From Octopus bimaculoides (taxonomy: Eukaryota): a DNA stretch of 64,000 nucleotides. The first letter of the stretch is position 1. Each line of letters opens with the position of its first letter. The notes under the pieces were generated by a model. It did not search any database. It was given only the letters and a program-made list of their open reading frames with translations, and was not told where the DNA came from. Positions 1 through 13,074 of this stretch are shown piece by piece. The stretch covers positions 166,570,544 through 166,634,543 of the forward strand of contig NC_068981.1 of assembly GCF_001194135.2 (NCBI RefSeq). The letters are read 5' to 3'. A program made the position numbers and the translations under genes.

Positions 1-194
1 GCATTTTATAGAATGATGTTGTTACAATAATTTCTTCCCTGTGATGTAAACTATTTTGATAACTTTTATTTCATTAATTGTAACAATTTTCAGAGCTTTC
101 ATTTGGATAGAGTTGAGCTGGCTTAGTGTATTCTGTGTGGTGCATTTATCTAATATAGACAGGGTTAATCCACATTACTCCATAAAGAGCATGG

Positions 195-400
195 GGTTAG
201 TTTCTTGATTTTTCTGGCATATATATTCTTCTGTGGACAGGACACCAGTCATTGCTGGATTACTCATTTTTACTAGCTTATTGGACTGGAGCGACATGAA
301 ATGAAGTGTTTCGCTCAAGAACACATCACCTGGTCCATGAATTGAAACTGCAATCTTATGATCATGAGTCCAACACCCTAACCACTAAACCATGCACCTC
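195..400 (-). mobile_element. tRNA-derived SINE (working family A), decayed
   Basis: The reverse complement starts GAGGTGCATGGTTTAGTGGTTAGGGTGTTGG (A-box-like head). It matches copies at 13075-13296, 19310-19460, 32385-32705 and 43668-44012. Confidence 0.7.
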
Positions 401-984
401 CACCTATTATAGACAGGCATACCATAATGTTTGGGGCTTGTGTTTTGTAGCTGGTAGCTTGTCCTTCTGTATCTAGCTTGCTTATGATTTTGCATAGTGT
501 ACCAAACTTCTGAGTATCTTTGTTACTTATGAAGATATAAATTCTGCAAATGCCTGATTGCTGTCTGTAGCTACACCAAAAATATCAGACCAGATTATCT
601 GATGCAGCTTCCCTTTTACAAGAGAAGAGTGTGTGATTTGAGAAACATTTGGCTACTATTTTGAGCAAGTTAAGTAAACATGTGGAACCCCCATCTTCAC
701 TGGTTCATGAAATCTAAACAGAGCCTTCCACATTGGTTGTTTTTTCCCCTTTTTTTTTGTGTGTATATTTTTATGTTGATAAAGTAAGGAAGTATGGCAG
801 ATTGCTACAATTCGACCAAAGATATTTTCTGCTGTCAATATACATTAGTAGCATTCATTCACATCACGTTTTTGTCTCCCCTGCATACATCAGCAACTGA
901 AGATGTCCTTTAAGACTCACTTGTCATTTCAGCTTATTTGTGTTTGCCTTTCTTGCAAGTTATTATGCAGGACACTACCAACTC

Positions 985-987
<3 letters not shown>

Positions 988-1031
<44 letters not shown>

Positions 1032-1065
1032 TGTGTGCGTGTGCATGTGCATGTGTGTGTGTGTG
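988..1065. repeat. (TG)n microsatellite
   Basis: Direct reading. It explains the VCVC run in ORF 903-1268. Confidence 0.95.
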
Positions 1066-2509
1066 ATTTTGTTAATAAAGTGTCTCAATCAGTAAAGTAT
1101 CTGATTATTTTAGTGTCTGTCTTTAATTTACATATTGTTAGCTTCTGGGTGAATAAAGTGAAAGGAGAAAACAAGGAACATGTTCTTTGTACATTACTTT
1201 CTTTCTTTCTTTCTCTCTTTTTTATTCCTGGTATTTTCTATTACAACCTTCTGTCATCAGCCACATAACGTGACATTAGAAAAGCATCTGTTCAACAATA
1301 CTGACTGGCCTATCTGTATTTGTAAGGAGAGATAACTTGACAAGTGGCCAGTATCTGATTCTAGTCATAGGCTGAAAAACTGCACTGTATATGTGTAAAC
1401 ATTATAAGCTGCAGTTGTAATGCATAGCTCATTTATCAAAGTTTCGCTATTCATAATAATTGCATAATCTTTGTAATATAAAAAAATAACTGCGTATGAT
1501 TTTGTGTGCATTTGAATTTATTCAAACTATGAAGTAAAGCATCACCTTTGGGTTTGCTGATGCCTCAGCCTACAATAGTAATTGTTAATTCCCTTCTAAG
1601 CTTTCATTTAAGCACAGTCAAACCTTGTACAGAAAAAGAAGTTTGAATTTTATGCCAGATTTGCAAATCTGTATGTTAGTTAAAAGTAGCATAATACTAC
1701 TACAAGTAATGGCTGATACCACCATAGTGCCTGGTCTTAGTCAAGCCTATCAGTTTCACTAGTGACTCGAGTCAACTATAAATATAATTTATTAAGGTGA
1801 ATAATTTAAATTTAATCTGATCATATTACCCAGACTTGAGAGTAAACTATGCAGTTTGTAGATTATTTTCAGATTAGTCGGCTCACATCATTAGTCCTCT
1901 AGATAGAAGTATTAATTCTGATAATGTCAGTTATTCTAATGCTGTTGATATAAACTTACAAACCCATTACAAGCACGTATTTTTGAATGTGAGTGCACTC
2001 AAAGTTCACCTGTTCTTCTGCATTTCAAAACTCAATGTTCACTTAATTATCAAGCCTTATTTGCATTTATAATATTTTAAAGTAAATTGCTTATGATAAT
2101 AGGGGAAGTGATTGTCTTTACATGCCACCAATATGAACTTGCATTCACAAACTTGATTTGCCCCTTACTTAATTAACTCCCAGTCAATGTCATGTTTATT
2201 CATTGTGTAGCTTGTGTGATGTCTGTAAAATTCACTGTTTACATTACCTTTGAAAAAAGGTAAGGCATTAAAATTAAATGATTTGTTGCATGAAAGTTGT
2301 TTGTAGCCAGTGATCTCACACCAAGGATTGAACCCTCTGTGACTTAATTGAAAATTTAACACTATTACTACTAATGGAGTCGACATTATACAAGAAATGA
2401 ATGTATCCAAATAATAATTTATTTCAAGCATACATTCTTATGAAAGAGTCAATATATTCTTTTGCTTCTCTGCAGACTGGCCTACAGACTGTTATTGTTA
2501 CAAGTAGAG

Positions 2510-3060
2510 TAAGTCTCTTATCATCCAGGCTTTTACCAGCAGCTCACAATAATACTTTTATCAAGAACTCTAGAGGACTACGGCCCTTGGTAGTTTTTAT
2601 CCACAAAGTATCTCAACATTTCAACAGTCAGCAACTGTGCAGACTAATTATTACAACTCATTATATCAGCCATGATAAAGAGCTTGTTTACCATTTATCT
2701 AATGACTGGTTCTATAGCCCTGCAAATAGTCATGCTTGGAGAAAGCATTCATACCACAGCTTGATTTGAGTCATATAGCTTATGTATCTTTCATTTCTCT
2801 ACACGGACTAAACCAACTTTGATAAATTGCATGAATATTGAAATATGCACTGTTGTACAATTTACCTCCATAAGCCATTTTGCAGCTATTACAGTCACAT
2901 GCCATTCTTCAGCCTATACAGCTGATAATTACAAGCCATTGCAGCTTACACATTGTTCAACTTCCATCACATCAACAGAATATCCTTCATTCAGCTAGTC
3001 TTAATATGAAGCATATGCTCAATTTAATGAATATCCAAATCAGTAATTTCTGCCAGTTCC
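2510..3060 (+). mobile_element. Heavily decayed CR1/L2-type LINE remnant
   Basis: Shares GCTTTTACCAGCAGCTCACAA..TACTTTTATC with the inverted copy at 4830-5095. Broken frames resemble the post-RT region of CR1/L2 ORF2. Confidence 0.45.
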
Positions 3061-3104
3061 CATAAGAAAGTATGTTTATTCTTTCTTATCTTTACCTCTG
3101 CAGA

Positions 3105-3530
3105 GTAGAGGCGCAATGGCCCAGTGGTTAGGGCAGCAGACTTGCGGTCATAGAATCGCGATTTCAATTCCCAGACCGGGCGTTGTGACTGTTTGTNNNN
3201 NNNNNNCAATTCCCAGACCGGGCGTTGTGACTGTTTGTTGAGCAAAAACACCTAAAGCTCCACGAGGCTCCGGCAGGGGATGGTGGCGAACCATGTTGTA
3301 CCACAACTGTACCACAACTTTCTCTCACTCTTACTTCCTGTTTCTGTTGTGCCTGTAATTCAAAGGGTCAGTCGTGTCACGCTGAATATCCCCGAGAACT
3401 ACGTTAAGGGTACACGTGTCTGTGGATTGCTCAGCCACTTGCACGTTGATTTCACAAGCAGGCTGTTCCGTTGATCGGATCAACTGGAACCCTCGCTGTC
3501 GTAAGCGACGGAGTGCCAACACAACAACAA
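3105..3530 (+). mobile_element. tRNA-derived SINE (family A-related), near full length
   Basis: Head GGCGCAATGGCCCAGTGGTTAGGGCAGC with a B-box-like segment. The body GCAGGCTGTTCCGTTGATCGGATCAACTGGAACCCTC is shared with 32385-32705. It has a (CAA)n tail and retains CpGs. Confidence 0.85.
3197..3206. other. Assembly gap (10 N)
   Basis: N run. Confidence 1.
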
Positions 3531-4500
3531 CCTTACCACTGCAGAATCATATCCTCCAAAACATGAAAGACTTTCAAAATGAGCATGTATACACCCATAT
3601 GTAAAACTTTTGCTTGTATCAACATTAAAATTTTTTTTAACCTGTTCTCACAGTCTTTCACAGTAAACACTTTGAACCAGTGTTTATATCAGTCTGAATT
3701 TTCTCACCACTTAAACTGAACAGCTCTAGTGCAAGGTGGGAAAAGTACAAAATCACTGTGTAGCTACCAACTACATTTTCTCTACAATTGGTGACCCTCA
3801 TATGCTTATAGAAAAAAACGGTGTGTTTTTTTTGTTTTTTTTTAGGGGGTAGGGGTACAGAAGTTACAGTGCAAAGTTATCATATACATATATTTTTTTT
3901 TTTCCCATTTTTTCCATATTCAATGCAAGCCTTGTCCAATTCTAAGTGGTGCCACATTTATCCAAAGTAATATAAAAAAGATGATTTAAAGCAATTCAAA
4001 ATCATATAAGCAGCAGTTGTTTACATGAAATATAAGTGGAAATTTGAATTTAAGCAGCAATAGATCACATGAAGTTTAGAACTGGTTAATTTACTGTAGT
4101 AAAAATGAGAGGCAATAAACCTTTTTGTTTACAGGAACTGGCAGAAATGAGTTACTGCATTGGGTATTCATACAGCTAAGTATTGAGACTAACTGAAAAG
4201 AGAGTTTTGATTAAAGTAGAAATCCTATTGATGCAATAGAGGTTGAAATATGTGTGAGTATAAGATGCATAAGCTATAAATGGCTTGTGGCTGTAAGTTG
4301 TGCAGCTTTTCATGTATCAATATTCTTACAACTTGTCATAGTTAGTTTATTCCCTGCAAGGAAATGCTAGTTGTGTGAGCTGTTTTACTCAAATCAAGCT
4401 GTGATATGAAAGGCTAAATGTGTGAACGTTCTCTCTGGGCAACATGACTATCTGCAGGGCCAATAATACTCGTCAAGAGAGAAGTGATAAATGAGCTGCA

Positions 4501-4828
4501 CATCATTATCATCATCATCATCATCATCATTGTTTAAAGTTCATTTTCCATGCTGGCATGGGTTGGATGATTTGACAGGGGCTGCAGAGCTGTCCAAGCT
4601 CCATTTGTCTGATTTGGCATGTTTTCTATGACTGGATGCCCTTCCTAATGCTGACTATAGTACTTTACAGAGTGGGCTGGGTGCTTCCTACATGCCACTG
4701 GCACAGGTGCTTTTACTTGGCACCTAAAATGGGTGCATTTTAGTGGGAGAGGGAGTGGGGGCATGGCCATAAAGGACCTGCCTGTATGTATGGATGGCTG
4801 TGATTTTACTTAGCCTGACATGTCTTCT
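4501..4828 (-). mobile_element. RTE-LINE 3' tail / RTE-derived short element
   Basis: (CAT)n tail followed by TTTTCCATGCTGGCATGGGTTGGA..GGATGCCCTTCCTAA, the same family as 16540-16826. Confidence 0.7.
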
Positions 4829-4829
4829 C

Positions 4830-5095
4830 AAGTACAGCAAATTGCCAGAAGTCTCAATCCCTTGTCATCTGGTAAATTGTGTTGCAATAATTGGTCTGCA
4901 TCTATGTTGTTTGCTGTGATGCAACGATATGTGGCTAAGCTTTTTGTATTAAGGCTTTGAAGAGTAAGCGCATTGTCATTCCGTTGAGATGTTCTGTGAG
5001 GAAATAGCTGGTGATGTTCTGCATGACTCGATAAAAGTACCTTTGTGAGCTGCTGGTAAAAGCTTAAATAAGTGACTTTCACTACTTGCAATATG
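4830..5095 (-). mobile_element. Decayed CR1/L2-type LINE remnant
   Basis: A minus frame reads RYFYRVMQNITSYFLTEHLNGMTMRLLFKALIQK, like the LLFKALI region after the RT domain. Homologous to 2510-2770 in inverted orientation. Confidence 0.45.
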
Positions 5096-5649
5096 ATAAC
5101 CAGTCTATGGAAAGTCTGTAGAGAATTGAAAGAGCAAATTGGTTCTTTCTCTTATAATAATATATATATATATCTGAAATACTCATTTGTTTGAGTTAGT
5201 TAATTTCGTGTATGACAACTTTTGTAGTGGTTGTAGTCAGGAATGTTCAATCCAGAATGTGGGTGATTCAAATCCTTGGTGTGAGATATTGCCATCAGCC
5301 AACAATTTTCTTTCAAGAGAAGATAGCAAGTCTTAATGGCATATATTTTTGATAGAAATGTCAGCAGCCAATTTCACCATTGTCACATTAGCAAATTAGG
5401 TGATGTAATTCTGCTGGTGCTTGTATTAAACAAACAAGCATGTCATTGATTGATTCACAATTAAATAAGCTGCAAATCAAATTTGTGGATGCAAGATTAT
5501 TCTGTTGACATACCATCATTATAGTTTACCTTTTATCATAAGTGAGTCACTATATTTTAAAAATGTATTTCTTTCAGCTGTCTTATAATTACAAATGAGT
5601 GAAACATAGTTACCATGTCTTTTTAACTTTCTAAATATATGCCATGAAA

Positions 5650-5845
5650 GAGCTACTATGCAGTCACTTGATTAGATGGAAATAGCAGCCAAATTTACCT
5701 TGACATATCCTATTGTCTTAGAAAAGAAAACATTGGATAATGTGGTTTTAAGTACACTGTGCCTAAAGAAAAGGCAGATGGTCATGTCCAAAACGTTGTT
5801 TGATCATGGATCTGCTCAGTCTGGACTGACCAGGGGCTAAACATT
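5650..5845 (-). repeat. Unclassified interspersed repeat (working family D)
   Basis: Reverse complement of TTTAGCCCC.GGTCAG..CAGA..ATGATCAA..GATTTGGCTGCTATTTC, which recurs at more than 8 loci in the window. Confidence 0.55.
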
Positions 5846-7439
5846 ATCCTAAATATAGAAATAATATACAACATAATAAAAGAAAACATAAAGATATATA
5901 TTTAAGAAATAAACAACTCTGGGTGAAATGGAAAATATATTTTACTGGCAGAAATGAAAAAAAAAAGATATATTAATAAAAAATAGCTAGTTTGTTGTTA
6001 TTTTATGTATTCTAATTTTCTCCTGAACTGGTTAAGTGAATAATTTATGAACTATCATATATATTGTGAGTTCAAATCTACAGATTTTGCTTTATGTATT
6101 GGATACTTAGCTATAACTGCTTCAGTTCATTTAGTTCTCAGGAATAGGTTTCAGATCTCCTGAGAACATGCTTAGTTAGATATCATATACACCAGGAGAA
6201 ATTGCTCTAGTGTGTTATTTAAGAATTTCAACAGATATTTCATCCATAGAATTGCCCAAAGTTATCTCTAAGTAATTTTTGTAAATCCTCTAGTGTGCCT
6301 GAATGGATAATAAAGCTAATATTTATTTCTGGGTCTCAAAAGTTTTTTTTTATCTTCCAGCTCGAAATAACTTAAATTGTATAGATTTCTTGTAAGACTT
6401 ATAAACTTGGCATTTGAATATAAACCTTTAAACTAACTTATCACTTATTAATGTTATGGATGTATGCACTGTCATTTAATTGATTTCGTAAATTATGTCT
6501 TATGATTTATTGATGTATTACCTCTTTGTATCTTCTGATAGTATTGTATTAAATATAATTGTTCAGAGTGATTCTGTATATGTAAAAGATAATGTCAGAT
6601 TCTTTTTTTTTTTTTTTTCTTCACTCAATGATTGTGCAATTTCTGTTTTGCTGTTTAGATATACACATTAGTAGCTAAAACACTTTTATTGTGTTTCAAC
6701 ACACACCAACCAATCCAAAACCAACATGGGAAATAAAATGTTGATAATAAGGATAATCTTTTCAATGTAGAAAATTATGGACCTGTTGTCATGGAAGCAC
6801 AGTTCTTCACTACTGTAACAAAAATGTTGCTTATAAAGGCCTATTGAACTGGCCACTGAAAATAGCACAAAATTTGTTATTATAAATCAATATTTACTAT
6901 TCTTGAATATTCTAGACCATCAATAACCTTTTATACATTAATGGATTAACTTTGACATTGGGATTTTAAATCTGTAGCACAGTATCCACCCACCAACTAT
7001 AACAATCCAGTGCTAAATGCTGGGTTGCCACTGGTGCAGAAATTCACCAATTATGCAAGTGCATATGTATGTGTAAACTGATCAATTAATAGTGAACAAT
7101 TAACTGTGATAAAGAATATATGTTTCGGAAATAGAATTAACATCCCAAAGATACCTACAAAAAGTACTTACTAGAGTTTTCTAAAATCAATGTGAACAAG
7201 GTGAAAGATGAATATGAGCAACTCCAGAGAACTATTCAGGCTCTTTAAAATGGATTTAGAAGCAGAAATAGAGAGACAGTTTTAGATTCATAAAAATAAC
7301 AATCAAGACCTATCCTTCATATCCCTATTATTAGAGCTGTTTTAATGAGAACATAGTTGTTGTCCCAGGTTAGCTCTGATTGAGCAGATCTACGATATTC
7401 CAGCCATGACTATCCTATCTTTTTATATACCCATCTTTT

Positions 7440-7775
7440 ATCTTTTTCTTGTTTCAGTCATTAGATTGCATACTTTTTTTTAAGCCTGGTACTCGTTTTA
7501 TCAGTCTCCTTTTGCCAAACAGCTAAGTTATGGGGATGTAAGTAAACCAACACTTTGCTTACACAGAGTGGTGATGATGGGCAAACACACACACACACAC
7601 ACACACATGATGAGCTTCTTTCAGCTTCCATCTACCAAATCCATTCACAAGGCTTTGGTCAGCCCAAGGCTATAGTAGAAGACACTTGCTCAAGGTGCCA
7701 TACATTGGGACTAAACCTGGAACCATGTAGTTGGGAAGCAAACCTCTTACCTGCACAACCATGCCTGTCCCTGAA
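7440..7775 (-). mobile_element. tRNA-derived SINE (working family B)
   Basis: Reverse complement of the GGTTGTGCAGGTAAGAGGTTTGCTTCCCAAC head, the internal (CA)n and the GACTGAAACAAG tail. Confidence 0.8.
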
Positions 7776-7814
7776 TGCCTATGATGACATCATTTTTACT
7801 TTTTCTTTTTGCTT

Positions 7815-7975
7815 TTTGTTCTTAATAGTCCACTGTTGCGTGGTTGGTGATGGGAAGGGTATCCAGCTGTAAAAATCCTGCCAAACAGTCACAGAAGTCT
7901 GGTGTAGGCTTCTGCCTGACTGTCCCACCCATGGCAACATGGAAGGCAGATATTAAATGATGATGATGATGATGA
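7815..7975 (+). mobile_element. RTE 3' tail fragment
   Basis: GGAAGGGTATCCAGCTGTAAAAA..CCCATGGCAACATGGAAGGCAGATATTAAA followed by a (TGA)n tail. Confidence 0.65.
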
Positions 7976-8116
7976 TTTAAGACAGTAGGGTGTGATAAGA
8001 TTTGGCTGCTTTTTCTAGCAGGTCAAGCAACAATGTAGAAGTTTCCAAATTAGATTTATGGGTTCTTGGCCTTATTAGACAGCAGTTTTAGAACTGTCAA
8101 ATGATTACATAGAATG

Positions 8117-8263
8117 ATGGATGGGATCTGTTAAGCTTACCAACCACATGGTTCCAGGTTCAGTCCCACTGCGTGGTACTTTGGGCATGTGTCTTCTACT
8201 ATAGCCTCGGGCTGACCAAAGCCTTGTGAGTGGATTTTGTAGACAGAAGCTGAAAGAAACCCG

Positions 8264-8319
<56 letters not shown>

Positions 8320-8515
8320 CTGTGTTTGTCCCCCCAACATCACTTGACAACCGATGCTGGTGTGTTTACATCCCTGTAATTTAGTGGTTCAGCAAAAGAG
8401 ATCTATAGAATAAGAACTAGGCTTACAAATAAGTACTGGGTCGATTCATTCAACTAAAACTTCAAGGTGGTGCCCCAGCATGGCCGCAGTCTAATGACTG
8501 AAATATAAAAGATAT
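8117..8515 (+). mobile_element. SINE family B, full length
   Basis: CAACCACATGGTTCCAGGTTCAGTCCCACTGCGTGG (B-box GGTTCAGTCC), an internal (TA)n, and a GGTGGTGCCCCAGCATGGCCGCAGTC..GACTGAAA tail. Confidence 0.9.
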
Positions 8516-8523
8516 ATATGTAA

Positions 8524-8538
<15 letters not shown>

Positions 8539-8612
<74 letters not shown>
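8539..8612. repeat. (TA)n microsatellite between two tandem SINE-B copies
   Basis: Direct reading. Confidence 0.95.
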
Positions 8613-8613
<1 letters not shown>

Positions 8614-8616
8614 TAA

Positions 8617-9046
8617 TTTGGCTGTGTGGTAAGAAGTTTGCTTTCCAACCACATGGTTCCTGTTTCAGTCCCACTGTGCAGCACCTTGGCCAAGTATTTT
8701 CTACTATGCCCCAGGTTGACCATAGCCTTATGAGTGCATATGGAAGCCAGAAACTGACAGAAACACATCATGTGTGTGTGTGTGCATGTGCACCTGTGTG
8801 TATGTGTGTGTGTGTATATATGTATATAATATATGTATGCCTCTGTGTGTGTCTTTGTGTTTGTCCCCCACCATCACTTGACAGCTTTGATGATGTCCCT
8901 GTGTAACTTGGTGGTTTAACAAAAAAGAGGCCAATAGAATAAATACAAATCATAAAAATAAGTACTGGGGTTGATTTGTTTGACTAATCCCTTTCAAGGC
9001 AGTGCTCCAGTATGTCTGCAGTCCCATGACTGAAACAAGTAAAAGG
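8617..9046 (+). mobile_element. SINE family B, full length
   Basis: GGCTGTGTGGTAAGAAGTTTGCTTTCCAACC head and GACTGAAACAAGTAAAAGG tail. Confidence 0.85.
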
Positions 9047-9819
9047 TGCAAGATTTAAATGCCCATTCTGCAATAAACAGCACATATTTTCCTTCGTTGC
9101 ATGCAACAGTGTTGTTTAAACATTAAGAAACCTAAAAGATTATTCCACTTTTCAAGTTTGTTGTTTTCTTCCCATTGGAGCATGGTATTCAAATCACCAA
9201 GAATTTTAATCATAGCCTCACCCAATCAGTTAATAGCTACACATATGCCATGTAGCTAGGACTAAAACTGCTGAAGAGAAGGATGATATGTGTGTGTGCG
9301 TGTTGATATTATACATAGATGTTTTGTGTGTGTGTGTGTGTGTGTGTATTTATATACATCTATGCTTATGTTGATGTATAAATGTGTGTGTGTGGGGGGT
9401 GTATATGTGTATGTATATGTCCATATGTTATAAGCATGCATACATGTGTATGTATGCATATGTATGTTGATTGTATGTGTGTGTGTGCATGCACGCTTAT
9501 GTGTACATATAAGATGTTGCACTGCATTGCTAACACCTATTTAAATCTAATGGAGTTTTTCACCCCTCCACCACCATTACTTAACACATACCTATTATAT
9601 AGTATATTATATATTATGTATATAACACCCTCTGTTAACTATTTATAGTTATTCATTGGTGACTGGGATATAATAGAAGATCAATTAATAGTAGAAATAT
9701 CTTGCCATGTGTAAGGACTTCCCAATCATCACTGAGCAATTGAGCAGACTTTCTTCCTTTCGGGTGCAAAAAGCAGACACCAATCTACTGAATCATAACT
9801 AGAACACTTCCCCTACTCC

Positions 9820-11640
9820 TCTTTTGGACTGTTACCATCAGCATTGGCATGGGGAAAGATGGGTTAAGAGAGATTGTGGCAGTTGTGTGCTGTATGCAAG
9901 AGGGAGGATGGGAACCTCAGCCAAAATCCTCATAGGCAAGGAGCGCAAGTACAAATTCATCTGGGTGGATAACAACAATGAAGTTGTTGGAGTAAGCATA
10001 TTGTTTGTAGAGAAGTAAAGTAATTGATGCAGCCAGAGAGTGTAATAGAATAATTAAGCTTAGAGAGTTATGAACAACATAATAGCAACATTTATCTCTA
10101 CATAACACAACCAAGGCAAGCAGTTGAAAAGAAGAATTGCTTTTATGAAGCCATCCTATAGACTACCTTGATAATGAATGGTAGCAACCTCAATATCCTG
10201 GCTGGTAATTTTAATGGACATGTTAGGCAACATCATGATGGCTTCTTTATAGTGCCACATGGGCACTATAAATATTATATGAAGAATGCAGTAGGATCAA
10301 GGCTCCTGGAAGTTGGTGATGTAAGTAGCCTAAACATTTGTATTGCTAACAAGCCAACCTACCTATCAGGTGAACACACAGATAAACTTCACTCATCAAG
10401 AAATGAGATTTACAAATAGTTGTGAATGCTAAGTTTTTAAATGAAGAATGTAACACAAACCATAGGCCTGCAGTTAGTGACTTTAGGATAAGAGCTACAT
10501 GAACCCAGAAATACAAGGTAACCTGGAGAAGAAAGATATGGAAGCTGAAAGAACCTTCAAACAGTTGTCAGTCCAGAGAAATATTAGTTGATACATATGA
10601 TAAGAGGAAGGAGGTGACTAAGACTTAAAACATAGAGGACCATCGGGAGTTCTTATGAGATAACCTACTGAGGGCTACAAACCAGATCTACCGTTGGTGC
10701 AAGGTTCCAGCTAGAAGGTAACATAGTAGTGGAATAAGTACAGTAAATAGTCATAAGAGCTAAAGGACGGGCCTAGAAAACTGGAAGAAAGGAAACAGTT
10801 GAGATTGATATCAAGTTGGTGCAAGAGAAGTTAGATGACAGATATACTTACTAAGGAGAACTGAAATTAAGAAGTTTGATCATGCTCTGCAATGTGAGAG
10901 AGATTAGGTGTTTTGAATTGCAAAACCTAGAATCAGGATGCTTTAAAGTAAAGTTAGCGAAGACTAAAGATTTTTGAAATAGGAAAGAAGATAGGCTTCT
11001 GTTTAAGAAATGGCTGTACTCAATATGCATGAAAAGAGTAGGCAAAAATTCTATATAGTTTACTAAGTGCAAACTGTGGATGCACCAATGTACATGAGGT
11101 TGTGGTATCACAGACAAGTTGACAGATATATGTAGTTTGCAGTAAGATCACATATTACATCCATTCCACCAAGCGTTTCAAAGGTATCCTAGAAACATAG
11201 TAGTCAGAGTAAGAACAAAATAGAAAAAGATCAGGAAGCTCTCGCCTCTGCTGGTAACAAAGGTTTTCTCCCAGAGTAAAATGTAGATTGTATGATGCTT
11301 GTGTCCAAAGTGTGGTCCTGCATAGTGGCATGGTGTAGACATTGAGTACAGTAAATATACAAAAGCTAGAAAAAAATAGTGACCATGCTATCATTAACAT
11401 GCATGAATAACAGTATAAATGAACTATGAAAAGCTGGTTGTAAGGGGAATCAGATGTATGCGAGCAAGAACACTGTGTTAGTACAGGCTTGTGTTGAGTA
11501 TGGAAAGTGTCATCTGAATAAAGAAGTGCTAAGCACTCAAAATAGATGGAACCTGTGAAAGAGGGTAACCTAGGAAGACATGAGAAAAAAATGAAGATTG
11601 ATCTCAAAAAGCTGTACCTTATGAAGATGACAACAAAAGG
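9820..11640 (+). mobile_element. Decayed RTE-clade LINE (AP-endonuclease plus partial RT)
   Basis: Broken frames give VCCMQE, SAKILIGKERKYKFIW, VGVSILFVEK and AGNFNGHV (10201-10224, the GDFN motif of the APE domain). Many stops and frameshifts. Confidence 0.75.
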
Positions 11641-11671
11641 TTATAAGGAATGGTGACACACTACTAGAGAC

Positions 11672-11917
11672 CAAAGGCATAGCCAGGTTCTATAGTTAGG
11701 GGGAGCGAGCTTATAAAAAATAACAGGTGCCATGACACAAACCAAACAATTTTTAATTCATTTCTTTTATATTACGCAAAATATTTCATTAGTTATGATA
11801 CAGATAACTAAAGAGTTAAAGATAATTGTTGAAAAGGTGCCAATTTTGAAAAATCTGCTTGGGGTTTTGGGGGAAGTCACCACCCCCTCCCTTACTCTCC
11901 TTTTAGCTATGCCACTG
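11672..11917. mobile_element. hAT-type MITE (246 bp)
   Basis: TIRs CAAAGGCATAGC / GCTATGCCACTG (10 of 12 complementary). Perfect 8-bp TSD CTAGAGAC at 11664-11671 and 11918-11925. Confidence 0.85.
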
Positions 11918-12019
11918 CTAGAGACTTGCGCACTCATGCAAATAGCAAAATGGACATTAAAACAGTGGTGATCATTGTGGTTGGGATATATAATATATCT
12001 ACATTTTGTCTCTTACCTA

Positions 12020-12155
12020 TTATATTCCTGTAGAAACATTGCCAGATCAAACTGGAGCCTGGTGCAGCCCACTGGCTTGCCAGACCTCAGTCAAACCATC
12101 CAACTCATGCCAGCATGGCAGGCAGACTTAAATAATGATGATGATGATGATGATT
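12020..12155 (+). mobile_element. RTE 3' tail fragment
   Basis: GTAGAAAC.TTGCCAGATCAAACTGGAGCCTGGTGCAGCC..CATGCCAGCATGG followed by (GAT)n. Confidence 0.65.
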
Positions 12156-12314
12156 TGATTTATCTTGATAAAAGTTCATTAGGCTTAAGTGTAATTTTTA
12201 GCATATATATATATGTAAAAATATGTGACATTTATTCGGTAGCCATTTTTACAGATAAATTCCTCTATTTACATAATATCGAGGTCTCTTTCTTTCTTTT
12301 GTTGTCCTTCCTAT

Positions 12315-12357
<43 letters not shown>

Positions 12358-13074
12358 TCATAGTATTTATGTATGTATTAACCCATTTTGAATCATATAT
12401 ATTTTTAAGACAATTTAAATAGATTACTGAAATGTACCCTGAATTGTAATTTGTTCACATTATTATTGATAGGTCTGCTGTGAAATAGTTTCTACTTATG
12501 TCCTGATATTACACTAGAGTCCTATTTAGTATAACAGTCTTCTGAACACAATGAAACTGACTCTTATTTATTGATTTCTCTTTCTGTTTTTATATTTTTC
12601 CCTCTTTATTTTTTTTTCTTTTCACTCTGAATATTGCTTTTGCATTGAGGTTGTTTAAATGTGATTGATTGGAAAATGCTACATTGTGTCAATGCATTCC
12701 TCCTGAGAACTGTCATCAATAGAAACTAGTCAATTAGTTTCATGTTAGACTTTCATTTCAACTGCAGCTGATGATGTTTATTCCAAGTTACCGACATCGC
12801 TGGTGTTGTCAATGTTCTTGTTTTCTGCTGTGCTGAATTAATAACACTCAGAATCGTTAAATTAAATGAGATGAATAAAAATTTCCAGAAAAATTTACAA
12901 AAAGAAAAAAGAATTAAATAAGTTTTATGTAAAAAGTAAATAAACATGTTTCAGGTTAAAGATATGCAAAATAATCCACTATATCTGATAATAGCATAGA
13001 TCCTAGCCCTTTCTTTAAATAACTGCTTTTTTGTGCTCCAATAAAGAATAAAGTTCCTTCCCAAGTCATGCAGA

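Larger units (their letters stand above)
7345..8045 (+). repeat. Family D repeat interrupted by two younger insertions
   Basis: 5' part at 7345-7430 (GTCCCAGGTTAGCTCTGATTGAGCAGATC) and 3' part at 7976-8045 (GACAGTAGGGTGTGA..GATTTGGCTGC..CTAGCAGGTC). Confidence 0.5.

Noticed and set aside
2476-2508. 33-nt segment with a strong acceptor and GTAAGT donor
   Set aside because: It encodes no WW N-terminal half in any frame, its phase would not lead into 26028 directly, and it borders a LINE remnant. Unsupported without RNA data.
3165-3238. Exact 32-bp direct repeat inside the SINE at 3105-3530
   Set aside because: The two copies sit on either side of a 10-N gap and other SINE copies lack the duplication. 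This is a scaffolding overlap artefact.
6960-7248. Coding-like stretch ending HPKDTYKKYLLEFSKINVNKVKDEYEQLQRTIQAL*
   Set aside because: It is only about 35 open codons, needs frameshifts upstream, and I recognise no family or splice context.
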